Counted from the first letter of the stretch, positions 38,493 through 47,957 are shown. The stretch: 64,000 bases of DNA from Candidatus Atabeyarchaeum deiterrae (GCA_037310415.1 CP147780.1:2560001-2624000), one strand, 5' to 3'. Numbers and translations: made by a program. The notes: generated by a model not told the origin, from the sequence alone.

Positions 38493-39947
38493 TCAACGAC
38501 CTCCCGCTTTCTTTGGCAGGTTAGTAAACATTGATTTGGGAACCTCGTCAAGCGCCATCATGCCAGGGTTCATTATGCCTTTGGGGTCAAAAACTCTCTT
38601 TATTTTCCTCATGTACTCGAGTGCGATCCCATGCTCCAAGGGCATGAAAATGGCCTTTGATAGGCCGGCACCGTGCTCGGCAGTTATTGTTCCTCTATAC
38701 TTGTTGAGTACCGTCTCTGCAATTGCCCGTCCTATCTTGTCGCCTTTCTCTATCTCTTTTGTCGGGTCGATTGAGAGCCCGATGTGGACATTGCCATCAC
38801 CGATATGGCCAAACATGACTATTAGTGGCGCTCCGGCTTTCTTGGCGACGTCTTTCAGCTCTCTGAGAGCTTCCGGAACTCTTGATATCGGAACGCCTGT
38901 ATCTGATACTCCATGGACAACTATGCTTTCGCCTCGTAGCTGTGTGAGCCGAGTGTACACGCTGTCTCGCGCTTTCCACATCTGCCTTCTATCTTCAGGG
39001 TCCTGAGAGACCCTTACCTCAACAGCGCCATTCTCCAAGCAGATCTTCTTTACCTTCTCCATCTCTCCCTTTACGTTCTCTTCCATAGTTCCATCTGTCT
39101 CAATCATGAGGTTTGCCTCACCAAGTGGAAGTGGGTTTCTCAAAGCAGGGTTCATCGCAGCTGCACAGAACTGGTCTACTAGTTCCATTGCGGAAGGGGT
39201 AATCCCAGAGTTTATTATCTGGGAAGCTACCTTGCCTGCGTCTACAACGGATTTGAAGACAGCTATCAGGACTTGCGCATATTTCGGCATTGGTAGAATC
39301 TTCAGAGCAATCTCAGTGAAGACGCCTAGCGTTCCCTCTGAACCCACGAATAGTCTGGTGAGGTCATATCCTGAGGAGGTTTTGATTGACCTTGAACCAG
39401 TTTTGATTACTTCACCATTCGGGAGGACAACTTCAAGCCCTAAAACGAAATCTCTTGTAACGCCATACTTGACGGCGCGAATGCCACTAGCGTTGTTTCC
39501 CACCATTCCTCCGAGGGTGCAGGACATTGCGCTTCCTGGCTCTGGTGGAAAACAGTACCCGTACTTTGACAATTCTTCATTCAGCTTTGAGTATATCACC
39601 CCAGGCTCTACGACAACTGTTCTGTCTCCAACGATGATCTCCTTGATCTTGTTCATCTTCCGCATGTCTAGTATGATTCCACCTCTCAAGGTCAAGGCTT
39701 GTCCCGCTAAACTAGTTCCTGCTCCACGAGGGTTAACTGGTATCCCATGTTCATTGCAGAATTTCAGGATCTGGACTAGTTCATCCTTGTCCTTTGGGCG
39801 AACAATGGCCCATGGCTCACCTTGATGATTGGAAGCATCAAGACTGTAGGCAAACAGTTCAGTCTCGTCGATCGAAACATCGTCCTCGCCAACAATTTTG
39901 GAAAAATCCTTGAAAAGAGACTTCTGATCTGGGATTAATGATGCCAT
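38493..39947 (-). CDS. FAD-linked oxidase (GlcD / D-lactate dehydrogenase-like)
   Basis: PRGAGTSLAG, GGMVGNNASG, KYGVTRD, GYDLT, GSEGTLG, GHIGDGNVH, AEHGAG, DPKGIMNPG. Start probably 39947 (ORF track 39989). Confidence 0.93.
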   Translation of the reverse strand: MASLIPDQKSLFKDFSKIVGEDDVSIDETELFAYSLDASNHQGEPWAIVRPKDKDELVQILKFCNEHGIPVNPRGAGTSLAGQALTLRGGIILDMRKMNKIKEIIVGDRTVVVEPGVIYSKLNEELSKYGYCFPPEPGSAMSCTLGGMVGNNASGIRAVKYGVTRDFVLGLEVVLPNGEVIKTGSRSIKTSSGYDLTRLFVGSEGTLGVFTEIALKILPMPKYAQVLIAVFKSVVDAGKVASQIINSGITPSAMELVDQFCAAAMNPALRNPLPLGEANLMIETDGTMEENVKGEMEKVKKICLENGAVEVRVSQDPEDRRQMWKARDSVYTRLTQLRGESIVVHGVSDTGVPISRVPEALRELKDVAKKAGAPLIVMFGHIGDGNVHIGLSIDPTKEIEKGDKIGRAIAETVLNKYRGTITAEHGAGLSKAIFMPLEHGIALEYMRKIKRVFDPKGIMNPGMMALDEVPKSMFTNLPKKAGGR

Positions 39948-40060
39948 AGATGATCTTCTCCTCCTGCTAGGAGACCGAGAAAGGAACATGCAAATAAAGT
40001 TTTATCTGCGCGCAGGGAAAAGCGAGAGCACAAGAAAGAGCTACTTTGGACCCGTTTCCA

Positions 40061-40837
40061 CTAGAAGAAGGCTTGGGGGTTCAGGGTTAACCCTTCACTG
40101 GTTATAACGTACGGTATGAGCTTAGTCGTGTGATAAGTCTCTCTTAAATGCTCAATCCGTAGATATGTTCTTGATTCATCCTTCTCGATTCTTCGTATCA
40201 TTTCAATACTGTTACCAGTCAACTGCTTGAGTGCTGTCTCGGCATGTGAGCCATGCATTCCCAGATGAGATATGAAGAGAGCAACCGCATTTCCCACAAG
40301 GTTGATTCGAACCACGAGACGGCGGAGAAGTCTGTAGACCTTTGGTAGGTCTTGTGTTGTGCTTAAGATTGGTGAGATTGAGTCTAGAACAATTCGAATA
40401 GCTGAGTTCTTGGGCGACATGGGACTCAGTTTCGTAAGCAGATTGTCAAAAACAGCGAACAGTTCATCAAGGTTGCCCGGGTTTTTCACATATGCTTCTT
40501 CCGAGAACGTTTGATCAGCGGTATCTGTGGCACCAGTGAACGCGTCGACTATGTGGAGTCTTCTCTTGGATGTATCCTTCGAAATGTAAGGGGAGATGTC
40601 CCAATTGAAGCGAATCATTCTCCGGCGTAGCTCTGAAGGCGGAAAATCAAAGACAACATAGAGAACATGGTCGTTGCGTTTGAGTCCCTCCCAAACAAAG
40701 TGTTCGCAGAAAATGCTTTTTCCGATTCCGGGGGGACCAATCAGGAGTACTGTTGAAGGCTTCAAAAAGCCTCCCTGCATCAGAGCATCTAGTCCTTCTA
40801 TGCCAACAGGGATTCTTTCGCCAATTCCAATGCTCAT
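40061..40837 (-). CDS. KaiC/RAD55-like RecA-superfamily ATPase (single domain)
   Basis: GIEGLDALMQGG, Walker A GPPGIGKS, Walker B RIVLDS, YVITSEGL. Confidence 0.9.
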   Translation of the reverse strand: MSIGIGERIPVGIEGLDALMQGGFLKPSTVLLIGPPGIGKSIFCEHFVWEGLKRNDHVLYVVFDFPPSELRRRMIRFNWDISPYISKDTSKRRLHIVDAFTGATDTADQTFSEEAYVKNPGNLDELFAVFDNLLTKLSPMSPKNSAIRIVLDSISPILSTTQDLPKVYRLLRRLVVRINLVGNAVALFISHLGMHGSHAETALKQLTGNSIEMIRRIEKDESRTYLRIEHLRETYHTTKLIPYVITSEGLTLNPQAFF

Positions 40838-41412
40838 TTTTCTGATGACCTCTCAAGCGCAATTTTTGCAATGTTCTCTGGTGACCCAACCACGAATTCG
40901 CAATGATCATCACCTTTGGCTTCGCAGAGAACCTCGACGCATTCCCTCCTTTGTCCTGTGAAGAACTCGGCAAACCCTGCGATGAGTCCCCTTATTTGGT
41001 GGCAGACAGCCCGGTAGGTTTTTCCATAGCTCTGTGCAATTGGCGAATGTCTTACAATGAAAACTGCTCTGAGTTCGTCGAAATTTCCCAGTTCCCATCG
41101 ACCCCATCCCGTCACTCTCATGAAATCTAGACCGGCTAATACCACCTTGCTACCCTTCTTCTCAATCTTGATGCTCTTTCGGATGATTTCGCCACTTGAT
41201 CGTCCAGCTTCTCTATTGGCTTCGTATAGGAGCATTCCTGCAGCGTCGAACCCAACGAGACTTTCGATCCGCTTTTGGACTGAAACATATGAATCCGATG
41301 AAAAGACCAAGAAACGGGAATCTTCAGCCTTCATGATTCCTCTGTCATTGTCATAGGAGACATTCTTTAACAGCTTCTCTATAGCTTCCGCGAACTCGCT
41401 CACACCACTCAT
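40834..41412 (-). CDS. V4R (4-vinyl reductase) domain protein
   Basis: TGWGRW, HSPIA, CHQIRGLIAGF, ECVEVLCEAKGDDHCEF; ATGA overlap with the ATPase gene. Confidence 0.9.
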   Translation of the reverse strand: MSGVSEFAEAIEKLLKNVSYDNDRGIMKAEDSRFLVFSSDSYVSVQKRIESLVGFDAAGMLLYEANREAGRSSGEIIRKSIKIEKKGSKVVLAGLDFMRVTGWGRWELGNFDELRAVFIVRHSPIAQSYGKTYRAVCHQIRGLIAGFAEFFTGQRRECVEVLCEAKGDDHCEFVVGSPENIAKIALERSSEK

Positions 41413-41557
41413 CTAGATTTTCCCCCATCATTTTCCGCTGTTTGATAATTCGACCACTAGCCACTCGACTAGCCGTACCTTAATTGAGGATTATAGTAAT
41501 TAAGTCTAACCCAAATAGGATAAATTCTAGCAGAAAAGACGAGGCGGAACTACGAAT

Positions 41558-43039
41558 CTAGCTCTTTTCCACCCAAGAGAATTTGTGCTGAAGTGCCGTC
41601 GGGTAGTAGAGTTTCCAGTCGTAGTCCACCTTAGTAAACCATTTGTAGAAAACACGTGGGTCAATGTAGCTCTTGAGGGACGTTCTTAGATTGTAATTCT
41701 TGGTTGCCTCCATGAGTTCTATCTTGATCTTCAACTCTCTGGCGCGCCTTTTCGACTTCTCATCCGCCTTCGTTTGAAGCGCTTCAAGCGTTCCTTTCTT
41801 CTTGGCGATGCTTTCTGCCCAGTTCTTGGGGAGCTGCTTCTTGTGGTTACACTCAATGGCCGCCTTCAGATTCGCCATGGTCGCAGCATACTTCTTGTCT
41901 ATGTCTGGGTCATCGCTGCGCACATTGGCATCCTCGAGGGATCTTGCGACAACGTTAGAAGCATGATAGGTTCTGAACACCTTGGCAGTGAGTCCCGGTA
42001 TAACTTTGCTCAGGAAGTTTTTCACATGGCTGGATCTGACTCCTTCGAAAATCGACGAACGTGCGTCACCAATAAACTCTCTCAGGTTGTCAATAGCTTC
42101 CGGTCGCAACTGCACCTCCTTTTCCCATTGTACTGAGTCTTTCCCCAAGAAATCGAATCTCACATAACCATTCTCTTGTATTTTCACATGATCAGGTCTC
42201 AGAGTAGTTGCGCCGACCGTGTCGGCCTCCTCCTTACTCTTCTCGTCGCCGACTCTCAACTTCAGCTCGTCTATCAAGTAACAGACAGTGGCTACTTTTC
42301 TTGTCATTAGATCTTCCGAAGTCAGGTTCTTGTAAATATGGTTTCTTAATTCATTGATCTTTTGCTCAAGTCTGGTCGCTTTGTTGAATTTCTTGATTTC
42401 TTGTTCTTGTTTTACGCCTACAGTGTCGGCAAGCCAAATGTATTTCACTTTGCGGCTGAGTCTGTCATCCCATTTTGCTATCCACATAGAATCCCGTTGC
42501 CAATCCCTCTTCCATGAACCTTCAGGGAGTTGTGCATCCGGAGATAGGTTTAGTATTATGTCTTCCTGACTGGGTCCTTGCTTCCATTTGCCTCGGAGGG
42601 GATGTTTTCCTCGGCCCATGAATATGCACGACGGTTCTCCGACATAGTTTCCAAGTTCTACCTTGGCTCCGTCAAGAGCTGCGAAACCATAGTTCTCTCT
42701 GTTCTGCTCCCGTAAAGTCTTTCGGTCAGCGGCTTGCTTCTTTTTCTCTTCCTTGCTCATACTCGCCTTAACAAGTTTCTCTCTCTCAACGGTCCTCTGG
42801 ATCTCAGAAAAATCAATGTCATTTGGGGTTATGGTTTCTCCAACTCCAAGTGCCTCTGAAAAATCTTGGAAGAAGTTCTTGACGAATATCTCATCCTGCA
42901 CGTATACGGTTCCGAGCTTTTTCACCCAGGCTACTGCCATCTCCTCTTGACGCGGGGTGAGTTTGACCTTCTTACCTCTGACAATTATGGAGTAACCTTT
43001 GGGCTCATACCTAGGGAGTATTATGCCATTATGGATCAA
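41558..43039 (-). CDS. DNA topoisomerase IB (eukaryote-like)
   Basis: HNG, FMGRGKHPLRGKWK, catalytic pentad LRVGDEK / FLGKDS / KVFRTY / CNH / SYIDPR. Start may lie a few codons upstream. Confidence 0.95.
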   Translation of the reverse strand: MIHNGIILPRYEPKGYSIIVRGKKVKLTPRQEEMAVAWVKKLGTVYVQDEIFVKNFFQDFSEALGVGETITPNDIDFSEIQRTVEREKLVKASMSKEEKKKQAADRKTLREQNRENYGFAALDGAKVELGNYVGEPSCIFMGRGKHPLRGKWKQGPSQEDIILNLSPDAQLPEGSWKRDWQRDSMWIAKWDDRLSRKVKYIWLADTVGVKQEQEIKKFNKATRLEQKINELRNHIYKNLTSEDLMTRKVATVCYLIDELKLRVGDEKSKEEADTVGATTLRPDHVKIQENGYVRFDFLGKDSVQWEKEVQLRPEAIDNLREFIGDARSSIFEGVRSSHVKNFLSKVIPGLTAKVFRTYHASNVVARSLEDANVRSDDPDIDKKYAATMANLKAAIECNHKKQLPKNWAESIAKKKGTLEALQTKADEKSKRRARELKIKIELMEATKNYNLRTSLKSYIDPRVFYKWFTKVDYDWKLYYPTALQHKFSWVEKS

Positions 43040-43313
43040 TTGCTTTAAGGGCAGCGCCCCCCGCGTGGCTTAACAGTGCAATGTTTCATTATTGTTCGTC
43101 AATCCATAGGTGACAAGTTTTCGCTCACACTTGTTTCCAAACATTCTTCTCTCAGCAGCCAGCTTTTCATGGTCTCTTTCAGCATGCTTTGGAGTGAAGT
43201 TGCTGGTTTTCCTCCATCTAACTTCTAACACGACAGTTTAAAACTTTTATGTAGAAGGTAATTTAACATGCAGAAGGTGACTATGAGAATTGACTACCCG
43301 CCATTCAGAATGA

Positions 43314-43763
43314 GTGAAATCCATGAGGAGGACAAACAAAACGATGACTGTTATGACTAAAATCATTCACGTTGAAAGCAAAGGTGAGTCCGATATCACA
43401 GACATAACCAGAGAAGTGGAGAGAGTTGTTGGGGAATCAGGGGTTCAGAATGGAATAGTCGCGCTGTTTGTTCAAGGCTCAACGGGTGCCTTAACAACGG
43501 CAGAGTATGAGGATGGTTTGATCAAGGATTTATCGAAGGCATTGGAGCGACTAGCCCCAAAGAACGTTGTCTACGAACATGAGAAAAGATGGCATGATGG
43601 TAACGGTCATTCACATGTCAAGGCATCAATAGTAGGATCAAGCCTTGTTGTCCCATTTACAGAGAGGAGATTGACTCTCGGGGCATGGCAACAGATTGTA
43701 TTCATCGAGCTTGACACGAAGAGTAGATCAAGAGATCTCGTGGTTCAAATCGTGGGCGAGTAG
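43314..43763 (+). CDS. yjbQ: YjbQ / UPF0047 family protein
   Basis: DIT, GSTGALT, HDGNGHSHVKAS, LGAWQQIVFIELD. Confidence 0.92.
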   Translation: MKSMRRTNKTMTVMTKIIHVESKGESDITDITREVERVVGESGVQNGIVALFVQGSTGALTTAEYEDGLIKDLSKALERLAPKNVVYEHEKRWHDGNGHSHVKASIVGSSLVVPFTERRLTLGAWQQIVFIELDTKSRSRDLVVQIVGE

Positions 43764-43904
43764 AAGGTGGATCAAGGCAAATGCAATTTGACCTCACTGT
43801 TGCAGCCGACAGAGTCAGTGTTACACCATAACTCTTAATTCTCAGCGGACTCTAGATGGTTTTCTCGTCTTTCGAGCACCTCGCTACTCGCTTCCTCACA
43901 AAGG

Positions 43905-45242
43905 TTGGGAAGCAAATCCTTGAAACAGCCATCGCCTGAAGCACGCGCGCCACCGGAGACGAAGCGTTTGGAATCGGAGCAACTCGTGGACCACAAAGGA
44001 ATACGAATTCTGAATCTGTCAACTGGCATATCTTCAATTATTTTCGGCGCACGTAACTTGACCTTTGCACTATACTTAGGATACATTGGCTTTGACTCTA
44101 CACTTATTGGAATAATGTTTACACTAAGCGCCCTTGTTGGAGCGACCTTCGCCATCCCTATAGGGGCACTTGCTGACAGATGGGGCAGGAAGAAGTTCAT
44201 AGTTGTTGGTAGGATTCTCCAGTCAACTGGAATTCTGCTTCTGGTATTCTTCACTCAGTTCTCGTATTTGTTGGCAGGCATGATGTTTCAAGACATCGGC
44301 ATGGCTGCATCTCAATCACCATTGAATGCACTGCTCGCCGATAAGAGCCCAAGTGAGAAAAGGAATGCGACCTTCAGCCGCAACTACATGTTCTTGGCGG
44401 TGGGGTCAGCTGTTGGGTCGGTCGTGAGCATTGTCCCGCATTATCTCAGAGTCAACTCGGGATTCGGCTCGACGGAATCCTACATTCCCTTATTCGCGAT
44501 CTTGTTCCTTGCCGGCTTGTTTTCGTTGTTCGTAGTGGCCTTCGTTCGTGAAAGCAAGCAGTCGAAGGTACCTCAAGAAGATAGGCAGCAAGCAAAAAGA
44601 CGGGTTAGACTCACGTCTGCCGACAAGATACTCAAGTATTCCTTGACTTTGTCCATAATTCAGCTTGGTGCTGGAATGATCATCACGCTGTTCTCGTACT
44701 GGCTCAATCGCGCATTTGGCGTACAGGAGATGGAACTTGCACCTCTCTACGTCATAGTCAATCTCTCGATGGGTCTGGGGTATTATTTGGCTAATTGGCT
44801 CGCGTCTCAAGTTGGTTCAGTCCCGAGCATCGTTGTGTCCCAGACGCTTGCAATCGTGTTGTTGGTTGCGATACCTAATATACAAACATTTGAACTTGTA
44901 GGCGCTATATACGTCATCAGAACAATGCTCATGAATATGTCGACTCCAATCCTGACATCATTCATAACGGGGGTCGTACCATTTAATGAGAGAGCATCAG
45001 CGCTAGGTATATCTAACAGCACTGGGACAGTGGCGAGGTCCATAGGCCCAGCTGTTGGCGGTTACCTCATGGGACAGGTGTCAATGGCAATGCCATTCTA
45101 TGTGTGCGGGGTGCTCTACGCGGTTTCCACAGCCTTGTTCTACGGATTCTTTAGAAAAACTAGAGTTGATGAAAAGCTTCTGTCGTCCAACTCGACCTCT
45201 GAATCGCGACATTCTCAGTCTAACAAGCGCGCAGGGACATAG
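43905..45242 (+). CDS. MFS transporter
   Basis: GALADRWGRKK, LMNMSTP, ERASA, SIGPAVGG; 12 TM segments. Confidence 0.92.
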   Translation: MGSKSLKQPSPEARAPPETKRLESEQLVDHKGIRILNLSTGISSIIFGARNLTFALYLGYIGFDSTLIGIMFTLSALVGATFAIPIGALADRWGRKKFIVVGRILQSTGILLLVFFTQFSYLLAGMMFQDIGMAASQSPLNALLADKSPSEKRNATFSRNYMFLAVGSAVGSVVSIVPHYLRVNSGFGSTESYIPLFAILFLAGLFSLFVVAFVRESKQSKVPQEDRQQAKRRVRLTSADKILKYSLTLSIIQLGAGMIITLFSYWLNRAFGVQEMELAPLYVIVNLSMGLGYYLANWLASQVGSVPSIVVSQTLAIVLLVAIPNIQTFELVGAIYVIRTMLMNMSTPILTSFITGVVPFNERASALGISNSTGTVARSIGPAVGGYLMGQVSMAMPFYVCGVLYAVSTALFYGFFRKTRVDEKLLSSNSTSESRHSQSNKRAGT

Positions 45243-45325
45243 ATACTGAAAAATAGGAAAATGACGGAGTATGCAATACGGATTCGCAAGTGGCCAATGA
45301 ATCCGACTATTGTCTCTAGTTTATT

Positions 45326-45670
45326 TTACTCCGTCTTCTTCGCTTTCTTAGCTGGTTTCTTCTTTTTCACTTTGGATTCTTCTTCCTTCTCAAGCTCCTC
45401 GAATGGAACCGGTGGCGGAGTTCTGAACATTGTCCAGCCTATCCATATTACGATAAAGAGCACCAGAGTCAATGCCAGCCACATTGGAAACGCAAGGAAC
45501 CAATACCACGAAGGTACGATTTCGCTCTCCAGTATGTGTGGGAACCAATACAGGATGGAAGGCCAGAAACGATGGAAGATCGGGATGATGAAGACATTGA
45601 TAGTGTAGTAGAGCCAAATGAGTATTCCGAAGAGGAAGAATATGAATCCGAGAATTCTATCCTTTGCCAT
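45326..45670 (-). CDS. Small two-TM membrane protein resembling DPM2/PIG-P
   Basis: DRILG...YYTINVFIIP first helix; PSWYWFLAFP...WIGWTMFRTPPP second helix; Lys-rich tail. Confidence 0.6.
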   Translation of the reverse strand: MAKDRILGFIFFLFGILIWLYYTINVFIIPIFHRFWPSILYWFPHILESEIVPSWYWFLAFPMWLALTLVLFIVIWIGWTMFRTPPPVPFEELEKEEESKVKKKKPAKKAKKTE

Positions 45671-45801
45671 TGGTCGTGACCCTTCTTGTTTCGAGTTGTT
45701 CCTTCGATTATGACCCTTGTCGTCTGTGCTTTTGTTATGTTCTGTTGGTATATAAGTTTATAGCCCTGTCGATAAGCATATTAGTGAATTAGACCACAAT
45801 T

Positions 45802-46140
45802 GTGGTCATGGTGATACCTATGGTGGATGGTGTAATCGTTAAGTCGCGATTCCCTATGCCTCTCTTGAAAGTTGTCGACCTAGTGAAAGATAGGTTCGGG
45901 ATTAGCAGGGCACAGGCAATAAAGTTCCTGACGATTCTTGGGGTCAGATTGTATAACATTGGCTTGACCGAGCGAGCCTTGAGGCTATATGAGGAGGGAA
46001 AGGCTTCCGTTGGCAAGGCTGCAGAGATAGCGGGAATGCCTATAGATTCATTCGTTTATGTCGCTTCAGCCAAAGGCATAAGATCTAATATAAAAGAAAG
46101 CATAAAGGGTCTGATTGACGCACTGAAAACCGAGCGCTAG
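45802..46140 (+). CDS. UPF0175-family protein with N-terminal RHH-like segment (antitoxin-like)
   Basis: ALRLYEEGKASVGKAAEIAGM is the UPF0175 pattern; N-terminal VIVKSRFP...ISRAQAIK. Confidence 0.75.
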   Translation: MVMVIPMVDGVIVKSRFPMPLLKVVDLVKDRFGISRAQAIKFLTILGVRLYNIGLTERALRLYEEGKASVGKAAEIAGMPIDSFVYVASAKGIRSNIKESIKGLIDALKTER

Positions 46141-46151
46141 CAGTTCCATCT

Positions 46152-46586
46152 TCACTTCTTCGTAGGCTTCTTGGCTGGAACTCTCTCCTTTTCCTCCTCC
46201 TTCCCTCTCTCCTTCTCTACTTCAAGTATGGCCTCAGCAGCTCTACCGAGTTCACTTATCAGAATCCCTATTTTTGCCTCCCGCCTCGCCAATAACGTTA
46301 TTGCACTGTGGTCTCCTACTCTTCCTATGACGATGTATCCATCTGTGCATTTGACGAAAACTTGTTCGACTCCCCCTAGCTGCAGTACGTCGGCACTGAG
46401 TTTTCCTAAGTTGAGTAGGGTAGCTGTTATCGCAGCAACTACATCCTGAGATGAGTCTCCGTGGAGAGCGTTTGCTATCATCATTCCGTCGTAGCTTACA
46501 AGCGCTGCACCTTCTATCTCAGCCGTGCGACCTGTGATTTCTTTCAGAGCAAACCTGATCTTCTCCACGTCAACTGGCACGTCCAT
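46152..46586 (-). CDS. Roadblock/LC7 (MglB-like) domain protein
   Basis: IEGAALVSYDGMMIA, VAAITATLLNLG, LGGVEQVFVKCTDGYIVI, AKIGIL. Confidence 0.92.
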   Translation of the reverse strand: MDVPVDVEKIRFALKEITGRTAEIEGAALVSYDGMMIANALHGDSSQDVVAAITATLLNLGKLSADVLQLGGVEQVFVKCTDGYIVIGRVGDHSAITLLARREAKIGILISELGRAAEAILEVEKERGKEEEKERVPAKKPTKK

Positions 46587-46871
46587 GTGTCTTCTAACTC
46601 CACCAGCTTATCTGAGACTCGAGATACGACAACTAGAACTAGCAGGAGCAGTTTCCTGAGATCACCATATTAACCTATTTTGCTGCAGCTAAATAATGTT
46701 TCGCCCTTTTTTGATGAAATCTGGCAACTGATTGAGAATTCTGAACCATTTGTCCACCTATCGATGATCTCGCCAACTTATTAAATAGAATACGTGTTCT
46801 CACTCTGTTACGCAATTATGACCAATCCGTTCGGAAATGATATCTTCCACACAAGGGAGTCATACATCTCA

Positions 46872-47898
46872 ATGCTTGCTGACACCAGGATTGCTGTCGC
46901 TGAATCAGGTGGAGTCGAGATATTCGCTCATGAAGGAATAAGAGCGATCTCCCTCACTAATAGCCCCTATTATGCTCACGCGCACCCGGCTGCTTTAGAC
47001 ATGTACCCAAGGGGAAACGTTAGCGTTGTACTCAGTCCTGTTGAGGGACGTGTTGTAGGAATTCGCGTTGTGAGGACCCCTCGACCTAAATACTTCAAAC
47101 CTGATGAAAATGAGAAGCTTCTTCTGATGGCCAATGATTCTAAGCTAGTCACAAAGATACTGCACATTGGACCTACCGTACAGGTGGGGGAATTCGTTGA
47201 GACACTGTCGCCAATAGGAAAGTATGTGCGGAGTGGATTCTTCAATTTCTGGACTGGGAACCATCTGCATGTCGAAGTGAGATTGGCAAGTGACCCAATA
47301 AGAGCGCGTGGTTCTCTGCCAGTGGCCCCAGCTTTGCTGGGAGGTGACGAAGATACTGCTGAATGTGAGGCGAACCCGCATAACATCCCTTGTGAGGTTG
47401 TGGAGGCATCCACCGAGTCCCTCCTGCTAAAGCCCACGATCCCTTTCGCAACGCGTCTTAGTGGCTATGTGGGGCTCAGAGTCACGGTAGGCAATGCTGT
47501 GCCAGGACTTTTGGATGGAGGATTCCCCCACTACGGTTTCGGCGGAGTCTTGATTCCGAGAGATGCAAAAGTGAGTACTGGTGAGCTTGTTCGGATCGGA
47601 GACTTGATCATAGGAGAGACTGTGAGGAGATTGATGTCCGACGGAGGTCTCCCCCACCACTTTATTCCCGTGAAGTTCCAAAAAGGGGCTGCAGATTTCA
47701 CTTTCAGAATCCAAAGTAATAAGAGGTCTCTCCCTGTCGCTAGGCCTTGCTTCCCCCCAGTCTTTGCTTCTGAAAGCAGTTCCCCATCAACCATTCTCGC
47801 TTGGTGAGTTGAGAATAATACAGAATAATATAGTTATATCAATCCATAGTATCGACACTCACAACGAAAGACATATGAGGAAGACAGCCTCAATCTAG
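46872..47898 (+). pseudogene. Archaeal peptidase-M23-like/hybrid-motif protein, probably frameshifted near 47680
   Basis: SPYYAH, ALDMYP, SPVEGRV, KILHIGP, SGFFNFWTGNHLHVEVR. The track frame stops at 47807, while the +1 frame stays open 47683-47898 (KGLQISLSESKVIRGLSLSLG...LKAVP). Confidence 0.5.
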
Positions 47899-47957
47899 GT
47901 AACGCCACCAAGATATGGAGAGGCCCACTTTAATCCCCCTCCCCCCTCCTCAACTGC

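Noticed and set aside
39106-39825. 239-aa plus-strand ORF and the many similar antisense/nested ORFs in the track
   Set aside because: They lie within or opposite well-supported genes, have no motifs, and show the Ser/Pro-rich composition typical of shadow frames.
36148-39989. Selenocysteine (in-frame TGA) recoding in redox genes
   Set aside because: The Fe-S, CMD and OsmC proteins are full length with Cys at the expected positions; no truncation at TGA.
40061-40837. Circadian clock kaiC
   Set aside because: Single domain with no kaiA/kaiB nearby; belongs to the broad archaeal KaiC-like ATPases.
43080-43260. Short minus-strand ORFs upstream of the topoisomerase IB gene
   Set aside because: Under 30 codons with no motif; a TAA in frame just upstream rules out a long topoisomerase N-terminal extension.
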